DNA from: an uncultured Pseudomonadota bacterium
GTDB lineage: Bacteria; Vulcanimicrobiota; Vulcanimicrobiia; Eremiobacterales; Eremiobacteraceae
Reading direction: 5' to 3'
Length of the DNA stretch: 64,000 bases
Assembly (NCBI GenBank): GCA_963736005.1
Contig: CAVTNB010000001.1
Coordinates: 896,001-960,000 of the forward strand
Every line of letters begins with the position of its first letter. The stretch's first letter is position 1. A program made the position numbers and the translations under genes. Under the pieces are notes generated by a model. It did not search any database. It was not told where the DNA came from and was given only the letters and a program-made list of their open reading frames with translations. Positions 1 to 9,864 of this stretch are shown here, piece after piece.

Positions 1-1164
1 GACGCTTACACCGCGGTCGTTCATCTCAAAGAGCCATGGGCTCCGGCAGTCGCTCAGTTGTTTTGCAACGGAGAGCAAGGATCGATCATTCCCAAGCACT
101 TGTTGGAACACACGGCGGATTTCAATCGCGACGTATTCGGAGTGCATCCCATCGGCACTGGGCCGATGCGCCTCATCCGATGGGATCGTGGTTCGGAGAT
201 CATCCTCGTCCCAAACCTTCACTATTTCGTCGGCGCGCCGAAAATCCAAAAGCTCGATATCTCCATCATCCCCGACGCAAACACGAGACTGACGACGCTG
301 ACATCTCACGAGCTCGATTTTGCGACGTTGGGCAATCCAGCTCAAGTCGCAAACCTACGAATGGTTTCGGGGCTGAAGGTGTTGCTCGTCAAAAACTACG
401 CCCTTTGGTTCATCATCCTCAACGTTACCCGAGCGCCACTGGATGATGTGCGCGTTCGGCGCTCGCTCGTGCTGGCGCTCGACCGGCCGCATCTGACGGC
501 GACGACCTTCGTTGGCACGGCGATACCCGCTGATTCTGAGATTCCGCCTTTCAGTTGGGCATATGACCCCAACAACGACTCGCCGCCTTACGATTTGACG
601 CAAGCGAAACAGTTGCTCGAAACGACTGGCTGGCATCTTGGTACCGACGGCATCCGGCGCAAGGGTGATCAAAAGCTCTCCTTTAGCATTGTGAGCAGCA
701 CCGGATCCGCTATCGGCGCATCGTTGTCCGAGCAGCTTCAACAAGCATGGCGAGCGGTGGGCGCAGACGTCTCGATTCGATCGGAGCCTCTCAACGTGCT
801 GCGCAGCCCAACTGGCATGCTCGTGACGGGCAACTTCCAGGCCGCGATTGCATCGTTCATTTTCGATCCCGATCCCGATCGCTCCACAAATTTGGGCAGC
901 CAATATATCGGAGCACGCGGCTTTAACGAATCTCGATACGTGAGCGCGCGTTCCGATCAGCTGACCGTCGCGGCAGTTTCCGTCTACGAGAGAGAACAGC
1001 GCAAGCCGCTCTATGCGCAGTTGCAACGCTTGTGGAACACCGATCTTCCGGTCATTCCCATTGCATGGCAGGACAACATCGACGTCGTCAATACGGATCT
1101 GCGCGGCTTTCGGCCTGAGCCAGTCAATTCGGATTTTTGGAATATCGAGCAATGGCAGATCTAG
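1..1164 (+). CDS. ABC peptide/nickel transporter substrate-binding protein (family 5), 5' truncated by window edge
   Basis: Frame open from base 1; PIGTGP motif, RVRR(S)L..ALDR, typical C-terminus. Confidence 0.9.
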   Translation, partial: DAYTAVVHLKEPWAPAVAQLFCNGEQGSIIPKHLLEHTADFNRDVFGVHPIGTGPMRLIRWDRGSEIILVPNLHYFVGAPKIQKLDISIIPDANTRLTTLTSHELDFATLGNPAQVANLRMVSGLKVLLVKNYALWFIILNVTRAPLDDVRVRRSLVLALDRPHLTATTFVGTAIPADSEIPPFSWAYDPNNDSPPYDLTQAKQLLETTGWHLGTDGIRRKGDQKLSFSIVSSTGSAIGASLSEQLQQAWRAVGADVSIRSEPLNVLRSPTGMLVTGNFQAAIASFIFDPDPDRSTNLGSQYIGARGFNESRYVSARSDQLTVAAVSVYEREQRKPLYAQLQRLWNTDLPVIPIAWQDNIDVVNTDLRGFRPEPVNSDFWNIEQWQI

Positions 1165-3140
1165 CGAGAACGCGCGGAAGGCTCGGACCCCGCGATCTCT
1201 ATTCGTTGCCAATCGTCGGATGGTGTGCGCTGCACCCACAGCGCACTTCCCTAGCGTATGTGGTCACTCGGCTTGATGAAGAAGCAAATGCGTATCGGGG
1301 CAGCGTTCGTCTCCTCTTGATCGATCCAGGGCGACTTGACAGTCGCCCACTACAATTTCGTGAAGATGCGAAGGTCTTAACGCCAGGAAACGCGCGCGAT
1401 CAAGCCCCGCAGTGGTCCGCCGACGGCAAGAAAATATTCTTTCTCAGCGATCGTGCCGGCACCACCCAGCTGTGGGCGATCGACCCTGACGGCGGTGACG
1501 CCACGGCATTACCCATCCTCCCCGGCAACGTTTCCGAATTTGCCGTTGCTCCAAATGGCTCGTACATTGCGGCGATCGCAACCCCCACCCAAAACAAGGA
1601 TGAGATCGAGCGACGCGGTTGGCGGCGCATCACGCGCCTGCGCTATCGGGCCGATGGGCCGGGCTACCTCGATGACAAACCGCAGATTTGGCTTTTTGAC
1701 CTTGCGGCTGAGTCAGCCAAACAAATAACAGATGGCTCCGGCTTTGTTGCAGGCGTCGCGTGGAATCCAAAGGGAACGAGCCTGGCTTTTTGCGGCGATC
1801 ACGAGGCTAGCGCAGACTCCCTTTGGCGCCGCGAGTTGTGGACAGCATCGGCGACCGACGATTGGCAGCCGCACGCAATCACACGGTTCGCGACGGCGAT
1901 CGAAGCGCCATCGTGGTCGCCGGACGGCAGGCGGATCGCGTTCTGCGGGATCGAAGAAGCGCATGGCGCTGGAGGCCTGCGTAACCTGCGCGTGTTCGTA
2001 GTGGATGCGACGGGGCGAAACCAGGCCTGCTGGACTCCACACGAAGAGTGGACGTGCGGCAATTTCATCTTGACCGACGTTGGCGCAGCAGGTAGCTTGG
2101 TGGCACCCGTTTGGGTATCAGACGGAGACGTCGCCGTGTTAGGCTCCTGTCGCGGCGCGGCGCAAGTTTTTCGAGTAAGCACTGGCAAGAGCGCGGTCGC
2201 ACTCACCCCCGCCACCATGTCGGTGACACACTTTGCTGACCTCGGCTCAGACGCGATCGTGCATTGCTCGTCCAATCAAGCGACACCACCTGAATTGTAC
2301 GTATCACGGGAAGGTAACGATGCCACGCGCCTCACTCGCGAAACTGAGGAGTGGAGTTCGCGTAGCTCGGTGGCGCCCGCGACGCACCTTACAGTAGCGA
2401 GCGCTGGGCGAGAGATCGACGCGTGGCACCAGAGCGGCATCGGTCCCACACCCCGCCCGTGTATCCTATACATTCACGGTGGCCCGCACTTTGCGTATGG
2501 CCACGCGTATGTCTTCCACTTTATCGCGCTGGCGGCTGCGGGATACGACGTCGTGTATTGCAATCCGCGCGGCAGTCAAAGTTATGGCGAAGGGTTTGCG
2601 ATGGCGATCGCGGGTAATTGGGCGCAGCTTGCTTTTGACGATTGTATGGCCGCGCTCGATGTCGCGCTCGGGCGCTTTCCAATTGACCATTCGCGGCTTG
2701 GTGTCGCCGGAGGAAGCTATGGCGGCTACTTGACCGCGTGGACGGTGGCACATACGAACCGCTTTGCGGCGGCAGTCGCGTTACGGCCAGCGACGAATTT
2801 AGTGAGCCTCTGGGGGACGTCCGAAGTGGGGAGGATGCTGGCCGAAGACTTTGGCGGCAGCCCATTTGAGGTACCGCAGGTCTACGCGAACGACTCGCCT
2901 CTCACCCACGCTGGCACGATCGCGACGCCGCTCTTGATCATCTTTGGAGAGCGCGACTACCGGACACCGGCCGAGCAGGCGGAGCAATTGCTCACCGCTC
3001 TGCTTGAGCGCGGAGTCACAGTTGAGGGCCTGCTCTTCCTGAACGCAGACCACAACCTTTCGCGTGGGGGACCACCGCGGCAGCGCATCGCTCACGAAGA
3101 GGCGATTTTGGAGTGGTTCGATCGCTTTTTGAAAAGGTAG
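1152..3140 (+). CDS. S9 family peptidase (acylaminoacyl-peptidase-like) with N-terminal beta-propeller
   Basis: IHGGP, NPRGS, GGSYGG nucleophile elbow, catalytic D and H; PxWSPDG repeats; start chosen at ATG 1152 (ORF opens 1137). Confidence 0.92.
   Translation: MADLARTRGRLGPRDLYSLPIVGWCALHPQRTSLAYVVTRLDEEANAYRGSVRLLLIDPGRLDSRPLQFREDAKVLTPGNARDQAPQWSADGKKIFFLSDRAGTTQLWAIDPDGGDATALPILPGNVSEFAVAPNGSYIAAIATPTQNKDEIERRGWRRITRLRYRADGPGYLDDKPQIWLFDLAAESAKQITDGSGFVAGVAWNPKGTSLAFCGDHEASADSLWRRELWTASATDDWQPHAITRFATAIEAPSWSPDGRRIAFCGIEEAHGAGGLRNLRVFVVDATGRNQACWTPHEEWTCGNFILTDVGAAGSLVAPVWVSDGDVAVLGSCRGAAQVFRVSTGKSAVALTPATMSVTHFADLGSDAIVHCSSNQATPPELYVSREGNDATRLTRETEEWSSRSSVAPATHLTVASAGREIDAWHQSGIGPTPRPCILYIHGGPHFAYGHAYVFHFIALAAAGYDVVYCNPRGSQSYGEGFAMAIAGNWAQLAFDDCMAALDVALGRFPIDHSRLGVAGGSYGGYLTAWTVAHTNRFAAAVALRPATNLVSLWGTSEVGRMLAEDFGGSPFEVPQVYANDSPLTHAGTIATPLLIIFGERDYRTPAEQAEQLLTALLERGVTVEGLLFLNADHNLSRGGPPRQRIAHEEAILEWFDRFLKR
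1329..1353 (-). repeat. REP class B, in-frame inside S9 peptidase
   Basis: gggcgacttgacagtcgcccactac; perfect 8-bp stem; GTAG on minus strand; encodes GRLDSRPL. Confidence 0.9.
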
Positions 3141-3164
3141 GTCCGCCGCCAAGTCGCCCGCTAC
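3137..3164. repeat. Degenerate REP remnants (half D, half B) between convergent stops
   Basis: taggtccgcc and agtcgcccgctac half-sites; ctac overlaps ribF stop. Confidence 0.6.
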
Positions 3165-4072
3165 AGGTCCGCTGCCAACTGAACGTCGCGGTGCATTTGC
3201 GCGACGAGTTCGTTCGATCCGGCGAAGCGTTGCTGTTCGCGCAAGAAATGCCAGCGCGAGAGGGTTAGCTGATCGCCGTAGATACTGCCCGAAAAATCGA
3301 CGATGTAGGTTTCGACGGTGAGCTCGCTCCCGCCGAATGTGGGCTTGTCACCAATGCTCGTGACCGATGCGTGTTGTTTGCCGCTCAGTTCGGCGGCGGT
3401 TGCGTACACACCAGATGGCGGAATGAGCTTATCAGCCGCGTGGTGCAAGTTTGCCGTGGGAAATCCGAGCTCATGGCCGCGGCCGGCACCAGTTGTTACC
3501 AGACCACGGACGCGATATGGGGAGCCCAGCAGCTCGTCGGCTTGGTCGAAACGCCTCTCCGAGATGAGCGATCGAATTCGAGAACTTGAAACCTTTTCTC
3601 CATCGCGTTCGAGGAGCGGCGCTGCGTTGAAGGCACATCCCTTTTCCGTCAGCACGCGCTCGGCAAGCGCGACGCCTCCCTCCCTTCCCTTACCGAAGCG
3701 CCACTCGGGCCCGACAGTAAGGGCGCGAGTGCGCAGCCGGTCGTAGAGAGTGTCCGTCAAAAACGTTTCCGCCGGAATGCTTGCAATCCGCTCGTCGAAA
3801 GGTAAAAGAAAGAGGACGTCAAGATCGCAGCCCGCTAGAAGGTTGATCTTCTCATCGAGCGTCGTGAGGCATTTGGGCGCTTGACCAGGTTGCAAAAATT
3901 CCTGCGGATGATGTTCGAAGGTCAAGGCGCCGGCCCTTGTGTTCTCCCTGCGCAGCCCAACGAGCTGCGAGAGCACCGCACGGTGGCCGATATGCACGCC
4001 ATCGAAGACGCCGATCGTGAGTAAGAGGTCGGCGTCTGCTTCATAGTCGTCGATGGAGCGGACGATGCGCAT
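3161..4072 (-). CDS. ribF: Bifunctional riboflavin kinase/FAD synthetase
   Basis: GVFDGVHIGH, VSSSRIR, LGFPTAN, KPTF motifs; follows truB. Confidence 0.97.
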   Translation of the reverse strand: MRIVRSIDDYEADADLLLTIGVFDGVHIGHRAVLSQLVGLRRENTRAGALTFEHHPQEFLQPGQAPKCLTTLDEKINLLAGCDLDVLFLLPFDERIASIPAETFLTDTLYDRLRTRALTVGPEWRFGKGREGGVALAERVLTEKGCAFNAAPLLERDGEKVSSSRIRSLISERRFDQADELLGSPYRVRGLVTTGAGRGHELGFPTANLHHAADKLIPPSGVYATAAELSGKQHASVTSIGDKPTFGGSELTVETYIVDFSGSIYGDQLTLSRWHFLREQQRFAGSNELVAQMHRDVQLAADL

Positions 4073-4111
4073 GGCGGCACCACAATTCGCGATGAGCGCT
4101 CGAGAGCCTTG

Positions 4112-5026
4112 TCACTGCGCCGCAAAGACTCGCATTGGCGCGAGGATGGTGAGAGCGTCACGCGTGAACACCACGCCGATGCCAATCAGCGCGCCTTGAT
4201 GGGTGACGAGTGCATTTTCGTTTGAGTTTGGGGCGATTTTCCAATCGCCCCCTACAGAGTTCAAAGGGAGGCGAACTTCGTTGCCGGCATTGAAGCGACG
4301 AGCACCAGCTTCGTCAAGCTCGACGCGCGGGTTGTGGAGCACGCTTAACGGATCGATCAGGCAGGCGCGAAAATCTGCGGCTATGCGCGACGGAACAACA
4401 CTTTCCCGCAGCGTAAATGGCCCAGACGCAACACGCAGCAACGAGCCCATCCTCGCTGGCAAACCTATATGTCGCCCGAGATCTTCGCACAAGACGCGCA
4501 CGTATGTGCCTGCGTCGCATTCGACGTACAGCCGGGCGCTCCGCGTCCCCAATGCGTCCGGAAGCACTTGGAGCTTGTAGAGTGTGGTTGCGCGCGGCGC
4601 GCGGGGAACGGTCTTGCCAGCGCGTGCGCTCCGATACAATGGCTTGCCCTCAACTTTTATCGCGGAGTGCATTGGGGGCAGTTGTGTTCCCGGTCCAAGG
4701 AGTGCCGCCGCCGCGTCTGGCAAACGTCGCTTCCAATCATCTGGAACCTGGGCGCGTGCAATAACCTGGCCGGCGCCGTCGCCCGAATCAGTTTGCTCTC
4801 CAACGATGAGTTCGAACACATACTGCTTGCGCGAGTCTGCGATCAGCGGAAACAAGCGAGTCGCTTTTCCGACGCCGAGGACGAGGACGCCGCAGGCCCT
4901 CGGATCGAGCGTACCCCAATGGCCAACGGCTGCTCCCCCGCAGGCGTGTTTCACCCAATTCCCAAACGCCGCAGAGCTGGGCCCGGGCGGTTTGAATGCG
5001 TTGATGAACCCGAAAGGAGCGCTCAA
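4112..5026 (-). CDS. truB: tRNA pseudouridine(55) synthase
   Basis: KPPG, GHWGTLDP, PPMHSAIK, GTYVR motifs; operon context. Confidence 0.95.
   Translation of the reverse strand: MSAPFGFINAFKPPGPSSAAFGNWVKHACGGAAVGHWGTLDPRACGVLVLGVGKATRLFPLIADSRKQYVFELIVGEQTDSGDGAGQVIARAQVPDDWKRRLPDAAAALLGPGTQLPPMHSAIKVEGKPLYRSARAGKTVPRAPRATTLYKLQVLPDALGTRSARLYVECDAGTYVRVLCEDLGRHIGLPARMGSLLRVASGPFTLRESVVPSRIAADFRACLIDPLSVLHNPRVELDEAGARRFNAGNEVRLPLNSVGGDWKIAPNSNENALVTHQGALIGIGVVFTRDALTILAPMRVFAAQ
4230..4255 (-). repeat. REP class A, in-frame inside truB
   Basis: ggggcgattttccaatcgccccctac; encodes VGGDWKIAP. Confidence 0.92.
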
Positions 5027-6039
5027 ACGCTGGAGCGTTCTGCCGCCATTTCCGCCCGCACGGCTTCAAGCATGCGCGCGAGCGCAGTTGCCAGGGGTCC
5101 AGTCAGCGTGGCACCAGCGGCCCGAAAGTGACCACCACCGCCGAGCGCTTTGCACGCTTCCATGACGTTGACGCGGCCTCTCGATCGCAGGCTGAGCCGG
5201 TAGCTGCCATCGGGTGATTCTTTGAGCAGGGCAGCGACTTCACAATGGTCGACTGCGCGCAGCGCGCCGACAACATCTTCGAGATCTTCATGCGTCGCGC
5301 CAAACTCTTCGAGCAGCGCTTGGCTGACCGATGAGTAGCAAATGCCGTCATCAGTAAGGACGAAGTCGTCGAGGACTCGGCCGAGGATCTTCTGTCCGCT
5401 GAAGCTGCGGGTTTGATAAAGCTGTTCTGTGATGAGGTCCTTGTTTGCGCCGACATCCATAAGCGCGGCTGCCAGACGCAGCGTGTTGGGGCTAGCGTTG
5501 CTGTACATAAAACAACCGGTGTCGGAAATGATCGCGGTGAGAAGGCAGGTAGCGATGTCTTGCGTGATCGGCTGGCCCAGCCCCGTAATGAGATTGAGGA
5601 CGAGGATGCCAGTGGCGGCTTCAGCTTCCAAGACGTAGTTCCAACGTCCGAAGCGTTTGTTGCCCAAGTGATGATCCACATTGATGATCTGCGTCTGTGG
5701 AACCCAGGTGAGCGCTTCTCCGGCGCGGGCCTGATCGCTCATATCCATGAAGATGTAGAGCGCGCCCTTGTCAACGCCATCGAAAGTTCGCTGCGTGAGG
5801 CCCGAGTCCGGAAGGAAACGCAGGTTTTTTGGCATCTCATCGTCGAGAAAATAGTGAACCTTCTTGCCCATCGCCCGCAGAGCGAGGCCGAGCGCGAAGC
5901 CGCTGCCCAAGACGTCGCCGTCGGGCTTCTCGTGAGCGCACATGACGAAATATTTGTGTTCGCGCAGGGCGGCGATCACCGCCTCCGCGTCTGATGCGGG
6001 CGACGGACGCCCGTTAACGCTGCTGGCCTTTGCGCTCAT
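5023..6039 (-). CDS. nrnA: DHH/DHHA1 phosphoesterase (NrnA-like)
   Basis: HEKPDGD, DHH, SDTG, SLRS, GGGH motifs; between rbfA and truB; start uncertain (ORF extends to 6060). Confidence 0.9.
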   Translation of the reverse strand: MSAKASSVNGRPSPASDAEAVIAALREHKYFVMCAHEKPDGDVLGSGFALGLALRAMGKKVHYFLDDEMPKNLRFLPDSGLTQRTFDGVDKGALYIFMDMSDQARAGEALTWVPQTQIINVDHHLGNKRFGRWNYVLEAEAATGILVLNLITGLGQPITQDIATCLLTAIISDTGCFMYSNASPNTLRLAAALMDVGANKDLITEQLYQTRSFSGQKILGRVLDDFVLTDDGICYSSVSQALLEEFGATHEDLEDVVGALRAVDHCEVAALLKESPDGSYRLSLRSRGRVNVMEACKALGGGGHFRAAGATLTGPLATALARMLEAVRAEMAAERSSV

Positions 6040-6412
6040 CCTGTTGTCGTACCTCATCAATCATGGTCGTCACTCGCACGCCGTGTTCGATGGATTTGTC
6101 GCGAACAAACGTCAGCGTCGGGGTGCGTCGCGTCTGCAGGCGCTTGCCCAGTTCGGTGCTCAAGAACCCGGCGGCGGACTGTAGCCCTTTCATGGTCTGG
6201 CGGGAGGCGCGCTCATCTCCCATGGGACTGGCGAACACGCGCGCGCTTCTCAAGTCTGGACTTACGTGCGCCCCGAGAAAGGTCACGAAACCGACCCGCG
6301 GATCTTTGAGCTGTTCGTGCACGATCTCGCTCAGCTCGCGCACGATTTCGTGCTCGATGCGCTGGAGCCGCTGACTCCTTCCTTCAGGCTGATGCTCTGA
6401 CACTGCCTTCAT
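6014..6412 (-). CDS. rbfA: Ribosome-binding factor A
   Basis: KDPR, VSPDLRSARVF, TPTLTF motifs. Confidence 0.95.
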   Translation of the reverse strand: MKAVSEHQPEGRSQRLQRIEHEIVRELSEIVHEQLKDPRVGFVTFLGAHVSPDLRSARVFASPMGDERASRQTMKGLQSAAGFLSTELGKRLQTRRTPTLTFVRDKSIEHGVRVTTMIDEVRQQDERKGQQR

Positions 6413-6939
6413 GAGGACGATTCATCGGAGTCGTCATCTTCCTCGAGCCACTGTCGCGCCGCTTCGTCCTTGACGTGGGAAAGAGCCCACTCGCGAACGG
6501 CATTGGCACGCTCTTCCTCCCCACACTCCACGAGCGCGTCAACCAGTTGCGAGGCAGTCATGGCCCAGCGTTCATCGGGGTCGTCCGCGCCTAAGAGGAC
6601 CGCGGCGCACAAATGCGAGACCGCTGCAGCCCACTGACTTAAATTTGCATAGGCTGCGCCGAGATCGGCGTGCAGTCCGGCCGAGGCTGGGTATGCTTCA
6701 ACGCCGGTGCGCAGCAAGTGCTCTTCTCGCTCGTCATTGCCGAGTTCCAAGCAAAGCGACGCCATGAGCTGGATGCCTTCGGGTCCAAGGTCGCCCGCCG
6801 ACTCCACCGGCTCGAGCAATTGGAGCGCGCGGCGCAACTCGGAACGCTGTTCAGGCGTCCAGGGCTCATCGCCATCGCCATGTGCAACGATGACGTTGAA
6901 ATAGATTTCGTGGGCTTGATCGACGACGTCGCGGTCCAT
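6409..6939 (-). CDS. TPR-like helical hypothetical protein
   Basis: YPASAGLHADLGAAYANL TPR-like segment; stop overlaps rbfA start. Confidence 0.7.
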   Translation of the reverse strand: MDRDVVDQAHEIYFNVIVAHGDGDEPWTPEQRSELRRALQLLEPVESAGDLGPEGIQLMASLCLELGNDEREEHLLRTGVEAYPASAGLHADLGAAYANLSQWAAAVSHLCAAVLLGADDPDERWAMTASQLVDALVECGEEERANAVREWALSHVKDEAARQWLEEDDDSDESSS

Positions 6940-6944
6940 AAAAA

Positions 6945-9527
6945 TTACGGGGTGACTTGTTCCATCGCGTAGGCTTCGATGACGTCGCCCTGTTTGATGT
7001 CGTTAAAGTTTTCGATCGCCATGCCGCACTCATACCCTTCCGTCACTTCGCGTACGTCGTCTTTGAAGCGTTTCAGAGAAGCTAGTTTTCCTTCGTAGAC
7101 GATGGCGCTGTCGCGCAGCACTCGAACGCCGGCATCTCGGGTGATCTTGCCGCTCTTGACGTAGCAGCCGGCGATGGTGCCGATCTTGCTGACTTTGAAG
7201 ATCTGACGCACTTCGGCTTGACCCAGCACGACCTCGCGCTCTTGCGGCTTGAGCATGCCGGTCATGGCTGCTTTGACCTCATCGATGGCATTGTAGATGA
7301 CGTCGTAGAGGCGAATGTCCACACCTTCCGCTTCTGCCTTCCGAGCGATCGTTGCGTCGGGTCGGATATTGAAGCCTATGATGATGGCGTTGGACGCGCT
7401 CGCGAGCATGACGTCGGACTCGTTAATGCCGCCCACGCCCGTATGGATGACGCGCGTGCGCACTTCGTCGTTGACCAGACCGTCGAGCTGCGAGCGCAGA
7501 GCTTCGGCTGAGCCTTGCGCATCGGCTTTGATGATCAAGTTGAGCTCTTTGAGTCCGCCCTCTTTGGCTTGCGCCAAGAAGCCATCGAGCGTCACCGTGC
7601 GACGCGTTGTGGCCATGCGCTGTTCGCGCTTGCGCTGGCTGCGCTTAGCAGCAAGCTCGCGCGCGTCGCGTTCATCGGAGACCACTTCGAGGATGTCGCC
7701 CGCTGATGGCACGTCGGACAAGCCCATGATTTCTGCTGGAATCGACGGCCCCGCGCGTTTGATTGGCTCGAGTTTGTCATCGAACATGGCGCGCACGCGA
7801 CCCCAGGCCGAACCCACGACCACGACATCGCCGTTGCGCAGCGTGCCGTTCTTGACGAGGACGGTGGCAACCGGACCACGCGACCGGTCCAGAAGTGCTT
7901 CAATGATCACGGCTTGCGCGCGGCGGTTCTTATTCGCCCGCAGCTCCAGCAAATCGGCATTGAGCAACACCATCTCGAGCAGTTCGTCAAGGCCGGTCTT
8001 CTGTTTGGCGGAGACCGGGATAAACTGCGTCTGACCGCCCCAATCTTCTGGCGTCAGTCCTAGGTCGGAGAGCTGTTGCTTCACGCGGTCGACATTGGCG
8101 TTTGGTTTGTCGACCTTGTTCACGGCCACGACGATGGGCACGCCAGCTGCACGCGCGTGATTCATGGCTTCAATGGTTTGCGGCATGACGCCGTCGTCTG
8201 CAGCAACCACCAAGATGGCGACGTCGGTGACTTTGGCACCACGCGCGCGCATTTCGGTAAACGCTTCGTGACCAGGCGTATCGATGAAAGTGATCTTGCG
8301 ATCGCCGTACTCGACCGTGTACGCACCGATGCGCTGTGTGATACCCCCAGCTTCGCCGGCAGCAACCTTCGTTGAGCGAATGGCGTCGAGGAGCGAGGTC
8401 TTCCCATGGTCGACGTGGCCAAGCACGGTGACAACCGGCGGCCGTGGCGTGAGCGAGCCGGCCGGGTCTGTATCGGCGACGATCTCAGGTGGCTCTTCGC
8501 CCGCTTCCTTAATAATGATGTTGAAACCAAAGCGGCGCGCGACTTGCGACGCAACATCGGAGGAGATGTGCTGGTTGATTGTGGCCATCGTCCCCATCTT
8601 GATGAGTTGGGCGATGACTGCGCCAGCCTGTGTCTCCATTGCGGCCGCAAGCTGCTGAACCGTGACGAGATCTGGGATCTCAAGGTCTTTGAGAACAGCC
8701 GGCTCGGCAACTGGAGCTGCCGTTGATGCTTTGTGGCGACGTTCTGTCTTCTTAAGAAGCTCCTCGCGCTCGCGTTCCTTGCGATCGCGCTCTTGATCTT
8801 CGCGGCGCTTGCGGCTAGAAGCCGGCGTGCTGGGCGGAAGCGACGGAGCCAGTGGACCTCCGCCGAGTGGACGTCCGGGCATGGGGCGTCCTGGCATCGG
8901 TCTTCCAGGCATGGGTCTGCCGGGAAGCGGTCGACCTGGCAGCGGTCGCCCAGGCAGGCCTTCGCGGCGGATGGCCGGACGAAGCGGGCCGCCAACCGGC
9001 GGTCGCGGCGCGCTGCCGAGTGGGCGCTGCATTGGGTGTTCGGCCGGCGTGGGCCCAACGGCTTGCGGCCTTGCGGCTACCGGTGCAGGCGTCGATGGTG
9101 ATGCGGAAGCAGCCGGCACAACTCTATGAGGAGCGGCCGGGCGACTGGGGCGCATGGTGGCTGGAACGGGTTTGAGTTGCGGTTCGGCGGGTGCTTGCGA
9201 TGGAACAACTGCGCTAGGCGCCGTCGCAGTGGCAACTGGAGGAAGCGCGGCGGCCTCAGCCTTAGCGGAAGCCTTAGGCTTTTCGATAGGCTTCTCCGCC
9301 GCGACCGGCGCCCCATTGCCTGCGGTTTGCTTCGCGGTTGGCTTGTGGGTCTTCGCGGCCTTGGCGAGATTGCCGAGCAACACGCCCTTGACGATTTGCG
9401 CTCGATGTTCGTCGATGATGGACATGTGCGTCGTCGCACGTATGCCGACTTTGCTCAGCAGCGCGATCGTCTCTTTGCTCGATAGCTTGAGCTCTTTCGC
9501 GAGCTCATGGACTCGTACGGTTGACAT
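6945..9527 (-). CDS. infB: Translation initiation factor IF-2
   Basis: [35 protein letters not shown]. Confidence 0.99.
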   Translation of the reverse strand: MSTVRVHELAKELKLSSKETIALLSKVGIRATTHMSIIDEHRAQIVKGVLLGNLAKAAKTHKPTAKQTAGNGAPVAAEKPIEKPKASAKAEAAALPPVATATAPSAVVPSQAPAEPQLKPVPATMRPSRPAAPHRVVPAASASPSTPAPVAARPQAVGPTPAEHPMQRPLGSAPRPPVGGPLRPAIRREGLPGRPLPGRPLPGRPMPGRPMPGRPMPGRPLGGGPLAPSLPPSTPASSRKRREDQERDRKEREREELLKKTERRHKASTAAPVAEPAVLKDLEIPDLVTVQQLAAAMETQAGAVIAQLIKMGTMATINQHISSDVASQVARRFGFNIIIKEAGEEPPEIVADTDPAGSLTPRPPVVTVLGHVDHGKTSLLDAIRSTKVAAGEAGGITQRIGAYTVEYGDRKITFIDTPGHEAFTEMRARGAKVTDVAILVVAADDGVMPQTIEAMNHARAAGVPIVVAVNKVDKPNANVDRVKQQLSDLGLTPEDWGGQTQFIPVSAKQKTGLDELLEMVLLNADLLELRANKNRRAQAVIIEALLDRSRGPVATVLVKNGTLRNGDVVVVGSAWGRVRAMFDDKLEPIKRAGPSIPAEIMGLSDVPSAGDILEVVSDERDARELAAKRSQRKREQRMATTRRTVTLDGFLAQAKEGGLKELNLIIKADAQGSAEALRSQLDGLVNDEVRTRVIHTGVGGINESDVMLASASNAIIIGFNIRPDATIARKAEAEGVDIRLYDVIYNAIDEVKAAMTGMLKPQEREVVLGQAEVRQIFKVSKIGTIAGCYVKSGKITRDAGVRVLRDSAIVYEGKLASLKRFKDDVREVTEGYECGMAIENFNDIKQGDVIEAYAMEQVTP

Positions 9528-9538
9528 TTTCTCCTATT

Positions 9539-9614
9539 GGGCGACTTGAAGGTCGCTCGTAGTTGGGGCGATTTTCCAATCGCCCCCCAACATTTTTGGC
9601 GATTTCCAATCGCC
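9539..9614 (-). repeat. REP cluster (B-like + A + shortened A)
   Basis: gggcgacttgaaggtcgctc 9539-9558; ggggcgattttccaatcgcccc 9565-9586; ggcgatttccaatcgcc 9598-9614. Confidence 0.85.
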
Positions 9615-9616
9615 GG

Positions 9617-9859
9617 TTATAGTTTTCGGGCCTCCCAGGGAGCTTCGCTTGCAACGCCGCTCAGTGCCCTGTATCGCTTGTTCTTCGACACGCGTGTTCC
9701 ACACTCCGGTGAACACAGGTATGCCCCCCGGCCGCTTTTGCGCCCGCTCGCGTCCACGCTCCACCCGGTGCTGTCGTGGACGAAGCGCATGAGCCGAAAC
9801 TTTTCGGCTCGAGTCTTGCACGCCACGCATTGCCGGGTGGGCACATGACCTTTGTTCAC
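9617..9859 (-). CDS. ylxR: YlxR/DUF448 RNA-binding protein
   Basis: PTRQCVAC, GRGAYLC; between nusA and infB. Confidence 0.9.
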   Translation of the reverse strand: MNKGHVPTRQCVACKTRAEKFRLMRFVHDSTGWSVDASGRKSGRGAYLCSPECGTRVSKNKRYRALSGVASEAPWEARKL

Positions 9860-9864
9860 CTTGC

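Noticed and set aside
8868..8960. PGRP(L/M) pentapeptide repeats in IF-2
   Set aside because: Low-complexity linkers are common in IF-2 N-termini; codons are diverged and unrelated to the REPs
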